A DNA stretch of 64,000 nucleotides from the NCBI GenBank assembly GCA_965198235.1, contig OZ240248.1:3264001-3328000 (forward strand), written 5' to 3'. The notes below the pieces were generated by a model that was given only the letters and a program-made list of their open reading frames with translations, had not been told where the DNA came from and did no database searches. The translations under genes were made by a program, and so were the position numbers. Source of the stretch: Candidatus Poribacteria bacterium. Lineage in GTDB: Bacteria > Poribacteria > WGA-4E > WGA-3G. Of this stretch, positions 43,737-53,892 are shown piece by piece; positions within the stretch are counted from its first letter, which is position 1; every line of letters begins with the position of its first letter.

Positions 43737-43997
43737 GTATTTATGACGCTTTGAATGTATTGTAAGACTATACATTATACAGAACTATTTCGTTTTCGCC
43801 TATGGTATGTGTGGTAAGGAAGTCTGCCCACTTTAAAATCAAGATTCGCAGATTACTCCTACTGGACGGAGACCTTGGTTCGCAGAACGAGGTTGCGCGA
43901 AAACGAATGAAACGGTTCTACCGTTCAAGCAATTTGCAAATAAGAATATTGTCTAAACATAAACAAATTTCCAATGGTTTAGAGAGGAGTAGAGGTT

Positions 43998-45878
43998 GTG
44001 AAAAAGACTTTGCTTTGTGCACTTGTGATATTCTGCTTGGCTGCATATCATAGTTATGCGCAGATTGAGTGGGATGCTGAAAAGTTTATGCCGTTGTCTG
44101 AGGTGAAACGGGGTATGAAGGGGAAAGGCTACACAGTGTTTTCCGGGACAACGGTGGAAGAATTTGAATGTGAAGTTGTGAGTGTTGAATATAACTTTAT
44201 TCCAGGTTGGCATGTTGTATGGATGGAGGGGTTGAGCGACAACTTTAAGCGTACAGGTGTCGCAGGCGGTATGAGTGGTAGCCCTATGTACATTGACGGA
44301 CGACTCATGGGCGCGCTTTCCCTCGGTTTTTTCAATCAGCGGGAACACTCCAATATTTTTGGTGTTACGCCCTTTGAATTGATGGTTAAAGTCGCCCAGC
44401 GTGGCATGGAACCTAATTTAAGTTACCAAGGTGCTCAGCTCTTTAACCTTGATGCTGCGGCTGTGACGCAGGAATATGGATTGGATGCAGGACAGTCTCT
44501 CCTTCGCGATGGTCAGGTTGCACAGGTGCCGCGCGCTTTTGATGAAATGTGGCTTGACAGTATTGCCGATGTGCCTTCCCAAGTGAGACCCGCACAGTTA
44601 TCTATTCCGGTCACGCTTCCAACACTTAATTCGGAGGTCATACGGTTTATTAAACCGATGTTTGATAAACTCAATTTTACCCCAGTCCAAGCGGCAGGCG
44701 GCGGAAGCCCCATTAAGGAATCGCCAGTTGAGGGGGGACAGATAATCGGGACGGAATTTGTCCGAGGTGATGTTTCGTTTTTTGGTTATGGGACAATCAC
44801 TTATGTAGATGGTAATGAGCTGCTCGCTTATGGACATTCTGCGACTGCAGAAGGTAACGTCAATATCCCGCTTTCTGGCGGATATGTGCATTTTATTTTC
44901 CCGAGTCGTTCCCGTTCCTTCAAAATAGCAGCACCGACGCAGCCCATCGGAACCCTGGTGCAAGACAGGGATCCTGCTATTGCTGGTATCATAGGGAAGC
45001 ACCCGAGTTATATTCCTGTCAATGTCAATGTGCAGACAGCTGATGGGAAACAGCATCAGAAGTACTATGAGGTAATGCGACATCGCAGTTTCTCTCCGAT
45101 TTTTACCGGAATAGGAGCGTGGATGCTCATGGACACACTTGAGTTTTATTTGGGAGACTACACGCTCAATATGGGGGCGACTATCACTCTCAAAGAACAT
45201 CCTGACCTCAAAACGCGTGAGTTGGTGTACAAGAATATCTATTCTTCCAGGGGATCACCAGGGTTTGGTGTCATGCAGACGCTCATGATGCCAATGGCAC
45301 AGTTAGCCTTCAACTCGTACACAAAGGTTCAGGTCGAAAATGTCACCCTTGATGTGAACATAGAGGATAAACGGCGAACGGCGAGGATTCAAAGTCTTCA
45401 GATGGATAAACTCCGCTACCGACCTGGGGATACTGTTGAGGTGGAAATTACTTTGCAACCCTATTTTGAAAAGCCCATAGTGCAGACAGGGACAATCACG
45501 ATTCCTAAAGATGTGCCAGAGGGGCTCGTCACGCTCCTCGCCACCAATGCCAGCTTTCACGAATCCTGGCAGCGTAGCCGAGCACCGCTGAACTTTCGCC
45601 ACAAAAACATCAATCAATTAGTCGAATTGTTACAGCGAGGCGAAAATAACTCGGAAATCATTATGGAACTCTTTGTGCCTGAACCTGGCCTCACTGTTCA
45701 GGGTAAAGAATTCGCACATTTGCCGCCTTCGGTTATGTCCGTCATGAATACCGCAAAGCAGATTGGCAATAGTGGGTATACTGTGGGGACAACGCTTCAC
45801 ATTGATAAAATGTCAACAGACTATGTGATTTATGGAAGTGGCATGATTCGGTTCGTTGTGGATAGGAACGCAGAATAA
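43998..45878 (+). CDS. SpoIVB peptidase S55-domain protein, exported
   Basis: Signal peptide; FMPLSEVKRGMKGKGYTVFSG; GVAGGMSGSPMYIDGRLMGAL; GTITYVDG...AYGH. Confidence 0.85.
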   Translation: MKKTLLCALVIFCLAAYHSYAQIEWDAEKFMPLSEVKRGMKGKGYTVFSGTTVEEFECEVVSVEYNFIPGWHVVWMEGLSDNFKRTGVAGGMSGSPMYIDGRLMGALSLGFFNQREHSNIFGVTPFELMVKVAQRGMEPNLSYQGAQLFNLDAAAVTQEYGLDAGQSLLRDGQVAQVPRAFDEMWLDSIADVPSQVRPAQLSIPVTLPTLNSEVIRFIKPMFDKLNFTPVQAAGGGSPIKESPVEGGQIIGTEFVRGDVSFFGYGTITYVDGNELLAYGHSATAEGNVNIPLSGGYVHFIFPSRSRSFKIAAPTQPIGTLVQDRDPAIAGIIGKHPSYIPVNVNVQTADGKQHQKYYEVMRHRSFSPIFTGIGAWMLMDTLEFYLGDYTLNMGATITLKEHPDLKTRELVYKNIYSSRGSPGFGVMQTLMMPMAQLAFNSYTKVQVENVTLDVNIEDKRRTARIQSLQMDKLRYRPGDTVEVEITLQPYFEKPIVQTGTITIPKDVPEGLVTLLATNASFHESWQRSRAPLNFRHKNINQLVELLQRGENNSEIIMELFVPEPGLTVQGKEFAHLPPSVMSVMNTAKQIGNSGYTVGTTLHIDKMSTDYVIYGSGMIRFVVDRNAE

Positions 45879-46073
45879 TACCAAAAAGCGGAGTAGGGGA
45901 CTGAGACGCGGAAATCTCGCCCTGTGACACCCGTTGCCAGAGTGGAAGCCCGAAGCCTTCTCCAACGATGCGGGTGAATGCTTAATAATAATATATAAAA
46001 CCTCAAAATTTGGTGGCTTGCGAACATTCACTTTCAAGCCTTACCTAAATAACCCTACAGGAGGGTATTTTCA

Positions 46074-48218
46074 ATGCGCCGTGTCATCTCCTTATGGAGT
46101 CTTATTTTAACCGTCTTTATTTGCGCAAACATCGCGTCCGCAGTCAATACATCTTTATGGGAACAAAAAAACCGTGCGGATTTTGAGGCGGGTAAGCCAA
46201 AAGACCTTTCGTTTACAAGTACCGGAGATGTTATGTTGTCTCCCAAAATTGATTCCTTTACGAAGCTCAAGGAGACCCAAGTCTGGGCACTTGTGGAAGA
46301 TTCAGCAGGAAATCTCTATGCTGGTACTGGGAACGAAGGGAAAATCTATAAAATTGCTGCGGATGGCGACACCGCTGAGCTCTATTACAATTCACCCGAA
46401 GTTACCATTTACAGTCTCGCTATTGGACCCGACAATGCGCTCTACGCTGGCACTGGACCCGACGGGTTGATTTATAAAATCACTGATGCTACAACACCCC
46501 CGACTACCCTACTCAACGAGGGCGACAAATATGTGTGGGCGTTGAAGTTTGATGATGCTGGCAATCTCTATGCAGCGACAGGCACCGATGGTAAGATTTA
46601 CAAAATCACACCAGATGGTGAATCGAGCGTTCTCTTTGATGCCGAAGAAAAAAATATCATGACGTTCCTTCTACACGAAAAGGGTTTCTACGCGGGAAGT
46701 AGCGACAACGGCATTATTTACCATATCATGGACGATGGTACTGCAAAGGTTATCTATCAAGCCAAAGAGAAAGAGGTTCGCGCCCTTGAGATGGATACCC
46801 AAGGCAATCTCTATGCAGCGGTCGTTACGTCCCAACCTGCTGAACCCTCAAGGGGACGACGCGGTGGTTCAAATGGACCTCCAACTCCCTCCGGTCCACC
46901 GCCTCCGGGTGGTGGTGCCCCGCAAGAAAACAAGTCTAACATCTACAAAATTCGTCCAAACGGGACCGCAGTTTCGATTTGGGCATCACCGGAGCCGCTT
47001 ATTTTGGCGATCGTCCTTGAAAGCGACTCGCAAATCTTAGTAGGCACCGGGGATGAAGGAAAACTCTACCGTGTTAACCTGATGAGTGGAGACTCTGTTG
47101 AAGTCGGCAAATGCTCCGCGAACCAGATTGTGGCAATACATCAGGAAAAAGTAGATGGGGACACCAAAACACTCCTCGCGACGGGGAACCCCGGTAAACT
47201 TTTTAATCTCACTGCCACCTACGTTGAAGAGGGGACCCTTGAGTCAACGGTTCACGACGCGAAGAGTTTGTCTCGGTGGGGGAAACTCTCTTGGGAAGGT
47301 GAGATGGCGGATGGAACAGCGATTGCCTTCTCGACCCGTACCGGTAATACCAAAAAGCCGGATGATACCTGGAGCGACTGGTCCGATGAACTCACAACAG
47401 CAGAAGGCTCTCAGATTCCGAATGGAGATGGGCAGTACATCCAGTGGCGCGCGAAGTTCACAACCAGCGACACGGCGCAAACACCTATTTTGAAGAGGGT
47501 TACCCTCGCCTCCGTACAGACGAATGTTGAGCCACGTTTCACCAGTATTGAAGTAAACGATGGTAGTGGTAGTGGGAACCAAGAAAGAGGGCGCCGCTCC
47601 TCTGGCGGTAGTTTACCACCCCCAGGCGCGCGCGGCGGTGATAGTAGCGGATCAAGCAATGCAGGCGACGCACCTTCTAAAAAATGGAAGGTGAGTTGGA
47701 AGGTTGAGGATGCAAATGCCGATACGTTGCAGTATACGCTCTACTACAAAGCTGTTGACGAGAGCAACTGGCGTCTCCTCAAAAAGGAATTGTCCAAAGC
47801 GAACTATGAATGGGATGTCACGACTGTCCCAGATGGACGATATACCTTAAAAGCCGTTGCAACCGACAAACTGAGCAATCCAGTCGGATGGGCGAAATCC
47901 GCTGAGAAGGTGAGTATGCCGGTTGACGTAGACAATACGCAGCCCTCTATCGGGGAAATCCAAGTCACTGCTAACGGTGATAGCACCTACAAAATTGCCT
48001 GTGACGTTACAGATATGACCACGCCGATCCAGAAGGCTGTCTATAAGATTGACAGTGATGAACACTGGAAGGTTATCTTTCCAGACGATGGGATCTTCGA
48101 TTCCAAAAAGGAACAACTCCTGCTTGAAACAGGTGAACTCCCCGAAGGGGCACACACTATTATCATTCAGGTGACAGATAGGGCACAAAACATGGCAGTC
48201 GGTAGGGCGAGTTTCTAA
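46074..48218 (+). CDS. Exported beta-propeller repeat protein with C-terminal FN3/Ig-like domains
   Basis: Signal peptide; repeated (V/I)(W/Y).L..D..GNLYA(G/A)TG..GKIYKI blades; C-terminal YEWD...VPDGRY.LK.VATD and VDNT.P. Confidence 0.8.
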   Translation: MRRVISLWSLILTVFICANIASAVNTSLWEQKNRADFEAGKPKDLSFTSTGDVMLSPKIDSFTKLKETQVWALVEDSAGNLYAGTGNEGKIYKIAADGDTAELYYNSPEVTIYSLAIGPDNALYAGTGPDGLIYKITDATTPPTTLLNEGDKYVWALKFDDAGNLYAATGTDGKIYKITPDGESSVLFDAEEKNIMTFLLHEKGFYAGSSDNGIIYHIMDDGTAKVIYQAKEKEVRALEMDTQGNLYAAVVTSQPAEPSRGRRGGSNGPPTPSGPPPPGGGAPQENKSNIYKIRPNGTAVSIWASPEPLILAIVLESDSQILVGTGDEGKLYRVNLMSGDSVEVGKCSANQIVAIHQEKVDGDTKTLLATGNPGKLFNLTATYVEEGTLESTVHDAKSLSRWGKLSWEGEMADGTAIAFSTRTGNTKKPDDTWSDWSDELTTAEGSQIPNGDGQYIQWRAKFTTSDTAQTPILKRVTLASVQTNVEPRFTSIEVNDGSGSGNQERGRRSSGGSLPPPGARGGDSSGSSNAGDAPSKKWKVSWKVEDANADTLQYTLYYKAVDESNWRLLKKELSKANYEWDVTTVPDGRYTLKAVATDKLSNPVGWAKSAEKVSMPVDVDNTQPSIGEIQVTANGDSTYKIACDVTDMTTPIQKAVYKIDSDEHWKVIFPDDGIFDSKKEQLLLETGELPEGAHTIIIQVTDRAQNMAVGRASF

Positions 48219-48232
48219 TCGATTCCAGTTTC

Positions 48233-48263
48233 AGGGCGGGTTCCAAACCCGCCCTATTTTTTT
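48233..48263 (+). terminator. Rho-independent terminator (REP-like hairpin)
   Basis: AGGGCGGGTT-CCA-AACCCGCCCT followed by a T run, between convergent genes. Confidence 0.75.
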
Positions 48264-48339
48264 CTTAGCGAACAAGGTCCCCACCGCTGCTGGCGAGGAT
48301 TGTATCCTCGCCTCCCCGCATGTCCAAGGAATGGCTTTA

Positions 48340-49701
48340 CTATCTTGTTACAGTTTCGATTGATGTATAAGCGATGTCCAGTAGAGCATCTAACTCTGAA
48401 ATCGAGATCTGTAGCGGGGGCATCAGGACGATAGTGTTCACAAGTGGTCGAAGCATCGCCCCACGGGTGAGTGCCTCTTTACAAACTCGGATACCTATCT
48501 TATCTTCAAAAGGATAAGGCGTGTAGGTGTCGGAGTTTTTCATTAATTCTACACCAGCGGCAAAGCCACATACTCGGACATCACCGACGTGTGGCAGCCT
48601 ATAGAATTCCTGAAGCCGATTCCCGAGGTGTTCAATAGTAGGTTGGAGTTGGGAAAGGAGATTGTCACGCTCAAAAATAGCGATATTTTCTAATGCGACT
48701 ACGCATGCTAATGGGTTTCCAGTGAAGGTGTGTCCGTGAAAGAAGGTCTTGAGGTCTCGGTACTCACCGAGGAAGGCATTATAGATTTCATCAGTACTTA
48801 GCGTCGCCGCGAGTGGGAGATAACCCCCTGTGAGTCCTTTTGCTGTGCATAAGAGGTCGGGTGTAACGTCCTCATGCTCGCATGCCCACATTTTGCCCGT
48901 GCGTCCGAACCCAGTCATCACTTCATCAACAATAAGAAGTGTTTCCCACCGTTTTGCTAATGCAGCGAGTTCCTTTAGAAATCCTTTCGGAGCGATAAGC
49001 ATGCCGCCCGCGCCCTGAATGAGCGGTTCTAAAATAATACCTGCAATTTGCCCTTCATGTGCGGAGAGGGCGTGTTCCACTACATTGAGCCAACGAGTTT
49101 TAACCGCAGATTCATGATTGGATGTACCTGCAGCGTGCGGAGGGTGATAGGCTTCAGAAGCAGACACGCGGATACCTTTGAAAAGGAGGGAATCAAAGGT
49201 AGTATGGAAACTATCAATACCACCAACACTCATCGCACCTATCGTGTCCCCGTGGTATGCATTATCAAAATGGATAAACAGTTTCCGTTGCGGTTCTTCC
49301 TTGTGTTGCCAGTACTGATACGCTATCTTCAAGGCAACTTCGACAGCGGTTGAACCGTTGTCGGAGTAAAACACCTTGTTCAATCCAGTCGGTGTGAGTT
49401 CTACCAGTTTTTGTGCAAGCTGGATCGCAGGGATATTGCTGTATCCAAGCAGTGTGGTGTGTGCGATCTTGTCTATCTGCGTCTTGAGCGCAGTGTTCAG
49501 CTCTGGATGATTATGCCCGTGAACGTTTGTCCACATAGAAGCGATTCCATCAATATACCGATTTCCGGCAATATCAATGAGGTAGCATCCCTCACCCCTT
49601 TCAATGATGACTGGCTCCTCCGCCAGCCAATCCTGCATTTGCGTGAACGGGTGCCAGAGGTAACGCTTATCCCAATCGACAAGCGTTTCTTTATCAACCA
49701 T
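48340..49701 (-). CDS. bioA: Adenosylmethionine-8-amino-7-oxononanoate aminotransferase
   Basis: LWHPFTQM, WTNVHGH, YSDNGSTAVEVALK, YHGDT, EPLIQGAGG, DEVMTGFGRTG, AKGLTGGYLP, HGHTFTGNP. Confidence 0.95.
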   Translation of the reverse strand: MVDKETLVDWDKRYLWHPFTQMQDWLAEEPVIIERGEGCYLIDIAGNRYIDGIASMWTNVHGHNHPELNTALKTQIDKIAHTTLLGYSNIPAIQLAQKLVELTPTGLNKVFYSDNGSTAVEVALKIAYQYWQHKEEPQRKLFIHFDNAYHGDTIGAMSVGGIDSFHTTFDSLLFKGIRVSASEAYHPPHAAGTSNHESAVKTRWLNVVEHALSAHEGQIAGIILEPLIQGAGGMLIAPKGFLKELAALAKRWETLLIVDEVMTGFGRTGKMWACEHEDVTPDLLCTAKGLTGGYLPLAATLSTDEIYNAFLGEYRDLKTFFHGHTFTGNPLACVVALENIAIFERDNLLSQLQPTIEHLGNRLQEFYRLPHVGDVRVCGFAAGVELMKNSDTYTPYPFEDKIGIRVCKEALTRGAMLRPLVNTIVLMPPLQISISELDALLDIAYTSIETVTR

Positions 49702-49722
49702 AGTCTATAGTTGCAAGGTTTG

Positions 49723-50982
49723 CTATCCCTTCAGTTTGGCATAATGCACTGTTGGTTCAAGTCCGAGTGATTCACATGTACCGCTTTTCGAGACGATAAT
49801 CGTCAATACTTTATTCCGATAAGTTGCCTGAAAATCTTCTGGCTGTCCTGAGATGGGCATGATATTTGTGAAACCGTTCGGGAATGAACTTGTGCGACCT
49901 ACAACAGAGGCAAACCTTGGATCATCCAATTGTGTCTGAACAGTTAAAATACTTTCGGGCGCAGGGAGTTCACCGGAGACATACGGCGAACTGAGTTGGA
50001 TTTCATACGTGTAGTCCGGCATTCTATCAGGGAGTTCATGCTCTTTTTTCGCGACGGAATTCGGCACCCATCTCGGAAATTCGATTTCGACCTCGTAGTG
50101 ATTCGCCAGTTCTGTAACGCGATTTACCATGCCGTAGCGTCTGTAACGTTCCCGTACATCGTCAGAATAGATCTTACCATCTGTGAGTACCGCTCCAGGC
50201 ATCGTTGTACGTTCTTCTTTTCGTTGAACGACGAGTGCTGAACGTAAGCCGCTAAGGAGTGGGGTTGCAATGAGTGATGGGAACCATCCGTAGAAGGCGG
50301 CACCGTAGCTCGGTTGTTCAGCTGTGGAATTGAATTCGTCTTTAAACCGGTAAATGCCTTCGGAAATAGCGATGACGATCCCTAAGAAAATCATCAGGTT
50401 GCCTTCACTCGTAAAGAGGTTGGCGCTTTGCCCTTTGATCCCGATGAAGAAGAGGATAAGCGGATAGAGCGTCAAGTTGATGAGACTATTGATACCCGTT
50501 GATACCGCAGAACTAAAAATAAGCGGACTGCCAGCCATCTCCTCAAGCCGTGCTTTAAACTTCGCTGAAAAGGCACCGAGAAGCGGTTGTCCGAGCATTG
50601 CTAAGATGTTATAGGGTGCGCGAAGTCTTGAGTCTGGGACCTCCGGTATTTGCACGAATTCTTCTGGTATACCTTGTTGCTTCCCTTGTTTGGTTGTTCC
50701 TGTTTCGTCAGTTCCTTCATCCGCAGCTTCAGGTTTAACGAAGGTCTCGAAAAATTTACGGTTTATCTCAATATACGATTCCCATTCGCTGGGAACATCG
50801 CTTTGCATGGAGATCGCATCAACCGGACACGCAGGTTCGCACGCCGCGCAGTCGATACATTCATCCGGGTGGATGTAAAGCTGGTTTTCGCCTTCGGTGG
50901 TGTGTATACAATCGACCGGACAGACATCAACACACGCTGTATCCATTACATCAACACACGGTTCGCAAATTATGTAAGCCAT
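49723..50982 (-). CDS. Dicluster ferredoxin fused to membrane segments and an uncharacterised C-terminal domain
   Basis: MAYIICEPC....ACVDVCPVDCIH...IHPDECIDCAACEPACPVDAI, then 2-3 TM helices and about 150 aa of soluble domain. Confidence 0.8.
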   Translation of the reverse strand: MAYIICEPCVDVMDTACVDVCPVDCIHTTEGENQLYIHPDECIDCAACEPACPVDAISMQSDVPSEWESYIEINRKFFETFVKPEAADEGTDETGTTKQGKQQGIPEEFVQIPEVPDSRLRAPYNILAMLGQPLLGAFSAKFKARLEEMAGSPLIFSSAVSTGINSLINLTLYPLILFFIGIKGQSANLFTSEGNLMIFLGIVIAISEGIYRFKDEFNSTAEQPSYGAAFYGWFPSLIATPLLSGLRSALVVQRKEERTTMPGAVLTDGKIYSDDVRERYRRYGMVNRVTELANHYEVEIEFPRWVPNSVAKKEHELPDRMPDYTYEIQLSSPYVSGELPAPESILTVQTQLDDPRFASVVGRTSSFPNGFTNIMPISGQPEDFQATYRNKVLTIIVSKSGTCESLGLEPTVHYAKLKG

Positions 50983-51068
50983 CTCTCCCTCCTTTTTATA
51001 GATGTTCCTTTATTAAGTATACCACAATTCATTGTCGATAGCAAAGAAATATTTCTGTTTTTCACGGT

Positions 51069-51097
51069 TTGACAAATGGGTTAATGACGACTATAAT
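51069..51097 (+). promoter_or_regulatory. Sigma-70 promoter
   Basis: TTGACA-N17-TATAAT upstream of truD. Confidence 0.75.
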
Positions 51098-51130
51098 GGC
51101 GTGGAGACTAAAGGACGTAAGAGGCATCAG

Positions 51131-52210
51131 ATGATTAAAGCACCTGAAGATTTTATTGTTGAAGAATTACCGCTGTATGAGCCTATCCGAACAGGAACAC
51201 ATACCTTTTTCGCTATTCGGAAACGGAATCTCAGCACCTTGGAGGTGATTAACCGAATTGCACGGGATTTACAGATACATACCCGGCGGTTTGGTTACGC
51301 AGGTTTGAAGGATAAGAACGCAGTCACAACACAAGTGCTGTCTGTCGAAGGGGTGCTACCGGAACGGGTTCTGAAAATTGAGCAACCCGATATTGAAGTG
51401 CTATGGGCGGAACAGCATCCACATAAATTACGGATAGGACACCTTCGGGGCAACCGGTTTCAGATTATCCTCCGCGATATCCCTCACGATGCCCAATCGC
51501 TTGTCGAATTGATGATGAAGCGGTTGGTAACTGAAGGGGTACCGAATCGCTTTGGAACGCAGCGGTTTGGGAATAAAAACGATTCACATCTAATTGGCAA
51601 AGCGTTAGTAAAGGGGGATTGGGATACAGTGATGCGTTATATGCTCACAGATGACGCATTACAGGTCGATGATGTCGCACGACGTATACAACGGGAATTA
51701 GCAAGAAAACCCATCGAAAAGGTCGTAATGAGTATTCCGCATCGACTGCGTAAGTTGTATTTGTCGGCTTACCAAGCGTATCTCTTCAACTGCATCTTGG
51801 AAAAGCGTGTCCCTTGTTTGGGCAAACTCCTTGAAGGCGACGTCGCTGTGAAACACGATAACGGGGCACCTTTTCTCGTTGCGGATGCTACCGTTGAGCA
51901 ATCGCGAGCAGATGCATTTGAAATTAGTCCTTCAGGTCCGATTTTCGGATATAAGATGCGTCTGCCAACTGGCGACGTGCTTGCGTTGGAGACATCGCTC
52001 CTTGCAGATGAAGGGGTTCGGTTTGAAGCCTTTCGTAAGGTTGTCGGTATCCGTTTACCGGGGACGCGTAGACCTTTACGGATGCCGATGCAATTGCATG
52101 AGGTGTCGGCTGTCAATGATGAGGGAGTCCGTCTCAATTTTACGCTACCTGCGGGTGGGTATGCGACTGTCGTATTAGAGGAGCTTATACCTAATATACA
52201 GGTTCCGTAG
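51131..52210 (+). CDS. truD: tRNA pseudouridine(13) synthase
   Basis: IKAPEDFIVEE, GYAGLKDKNAVTTQ, KLRIGHLRGNRF, PNRFGTQRFG, SAYQAYLFN, FTLPAGGYAT. Start placed downstream of the promoter. Confidence 0.93.
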   Translation: MIKAPEDFIVEELPLYEPIRTGTHTFFAIRKRNLSTLEVINRIARDLQIHTRRFGYAGLKDKNAVTTQVLSVEGVLPERVLKIEQPDIEVLWAEQHPHKLRIGHLRGNRFQIILRDIPHDAQSLVELMMKRLVTEGVPNRFGTQRFGNKNDSHLIGKALVKGDWDTVMRYMLTDDALQVDDVARRIQRELARKPIEKVVMSIPHRLRKLYLSAYQAYLFNCILEKRVPCLGKLLEGDVAVKHDNGAPFLVADATVEQSRADAFEISPSGPIFGYKMRLPTGDVLALETSLLADEGVRFEAFRKVVGIRLPGTRRPLRMPMQLHEVSAVNDEGVRLNFTLPAGGYATVVLEELIPNIQVP

Positions 52211-52260
52211 ATTACGTTGAAACGAAGGTGAAACCCAACACATCACCAAGGCAAATGGTT

Positions 52261-53892
52261 TCAATCTGCTGGCACGGTTCGCTTAGATTTTCGGTATCTA
52301 AAATACGTCCACGCCCCGGATGCCAATAGGACTACCAACAACACAATCAAGCCGATATTCAAAAGATAGCGTCCACGGTTCAGTTGCCACAGCCGCTGGC
52401 TTGCGAGTTTAGCGGCGGAACTCCCCTTTTCTGCTTTTGTTTTCACCTCTTCCCAATACTTTTTGGCAAGCGCGGGCTGACCGTGCTGCTCCGCAAGTTT
52501 CGCTGTAACGACGAGGTAGGTAACATCCTGAACGTCCTGTTTCTCTAAGGCATTAGCGAAGGAACTGAGGAGTAAGACTGTTAAATCAGGGGACATTTGC
52601 GGAAAATCGCTCGTGAGCTCAATCCCGTTCTGAAAAGCAGTGACAGCCCCTTGATGGTTATGCCGGTCAAATTCGAGTTGTGCCACTTCAAACCAAGTTT
52701 GCTTAGCAAGTTGCAGGGGTTGTGCTATGTCGGTATAGCCGTCAAATGTGAAAGTTGCCGAACCGTAATTCAGGTCCCCCTGTTTCACGTAGAGCGTATA
52801 AGTTTCACCGAGAGTCAGTAAATCTGAATCCTTCCACTCATCGAAACGATAGATTCCATCCGCTTCCACAAGCTGTTGGTAGACCGTTCCGTCAATCCAG
52901 ACAACAGCTCCAGCAGGTGACGCATCGGACACGCCTATAACGGTGCCGTGAATAGCAATAGGCTCAAGTGCCCAGCCAATATGGACGGATTCTCCGGGTT
53001 CTAACTGCAGTTCAGCGGTTTTGGGCGGTGGGAGGATGTGCCCCGCTTTCTTTACAGTTACAATGAAGGTGCCTTGTTGCAGATTTTCTGTGATGAGTTT
53101 CGGTGTGCTTCCGACCTCTACGTCATTAATAGAAATTTCTGCGCCTTCGGGGAATGTTGTGATTTTAAGCGCAGGGCTAAGTTTAAGCAGTGCCGCTTCG
53201 ACATCACCTGTTGGTGCAAGAATTCCGTCCATAAAATCGGAATGGGTTCGCAACAATTCGTAACTTTCTATAATGCTGAGCTGCCGATTATCGTTTGTAT
53301 CGGTTGTATCTACGGTAAGCGTATCGTGAAGTCGCTGAAGGAAGACTGTTGTGTTTGCCTTCTCTGCCGATTGGATCGCGTTGAGGGCAGCAGTGCCGAG
53401 CGTCTCACGGTTCGCGTAGTAGGCGTTTAGGTTTGTATCTTCGGTGTAACCATCGACAATAACGGTCGTGCGCTTCCTTTCTGCCTCTCTGAACCAGTCA
53501 TTGAGGGTGGCATCTTGGATCCCTTGTTCGTCTCCTGGTGTTAGCAGGTGCATGGCGTTCATGCCTCTCGGTTTGGTAACCATCCCGTGATATAGAAAAA
53601 TCAGAGTATCCTGAACCGCGGTTTGCCTCCCAACTTCTTGAATCATGGCGTGGATCTCTTCAGACGTGGCACTGTCACCTTCAACATGATGGATCTGCTC
53701 ACTCGGTACTTTTCCGCGTGTCGTTAGGAATTCAATCAGTGAGTTCACCAATTCATGGGCACGGGCTTCCGGTGTTGTGTCCACAATTAGCCAGTGTGTA
53801 CCAGAATCAGCCGAGAGTGCTGGTGTTGGTACGAAGATGGCTAATGCGACACAAATAAAGATGAGGATAAAAATAATGTTCTGCTTTAACAT
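52261..53892 (-). CDS. Exported, membrane-anchored protein: degenerate caspase-like domain, PEGA domain, TPR-like region, C-terminal TM
   Basis: Signal peptide; DTLIFLYHG...TVIVDG...LSIIESY; LKITTFPEGAEISINDVEVGSTP (PEGA); C-terminal hydrophobic helix with basic tail. Confidence 0.65.
   Translation of the reverse strand: MLKQNIIFILIFICVALAIFVPTPALSADSGTHWLIVDTTPEARAHELVNSLIEFLTTRGKVPSEQIHHVEGDSATSEEIHAMIQEVGRQTAVQDTLIFLYHGMVTKPRGMNAMHLLTPGDEQGIQDATLNDWFREAERKRTTVIVDGYTEDTNLNAYYANRETLGTAALNAIQSAEKANTTVFLQRLHDTLTVDTTDTNDNRQLSIIESYELLRTHSDFMDGILAPTGDVEAALLKLSPALKITTFPEGAEISINDVEVGSTPKLITENLQQGTFIVTVKKAGHILPPPKTAELQLEPGESVHIGWALEPIAIHGTVIGVSDASPAGAVVWIDGTVYQQLVEADGIYRFDEWKDSDLLTLGETYTLYVKQGDLNYGSATFTFDGYTDIAQPLQLAKQTWFEVAQLEFDRHNHQGAVTAFQNGIELTSDFPQMSPDLTVLLLSSFANALEKQDVQDVTYLVVTAKLAEQHGQPALAKKYWEEVKTKAEKGSSAAKLASQRLWQLNRGRYLLNIGLIVLLVVLLASGAWTYFRYRKSKRTVPAD

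Noticed and set aside
51032-51130. N-terminal extension of truD given in the ORF track
   Set aside because: It spans a perfect TTGACA-N17-TATAAT promoter; family similarity begins at ATG 51131.
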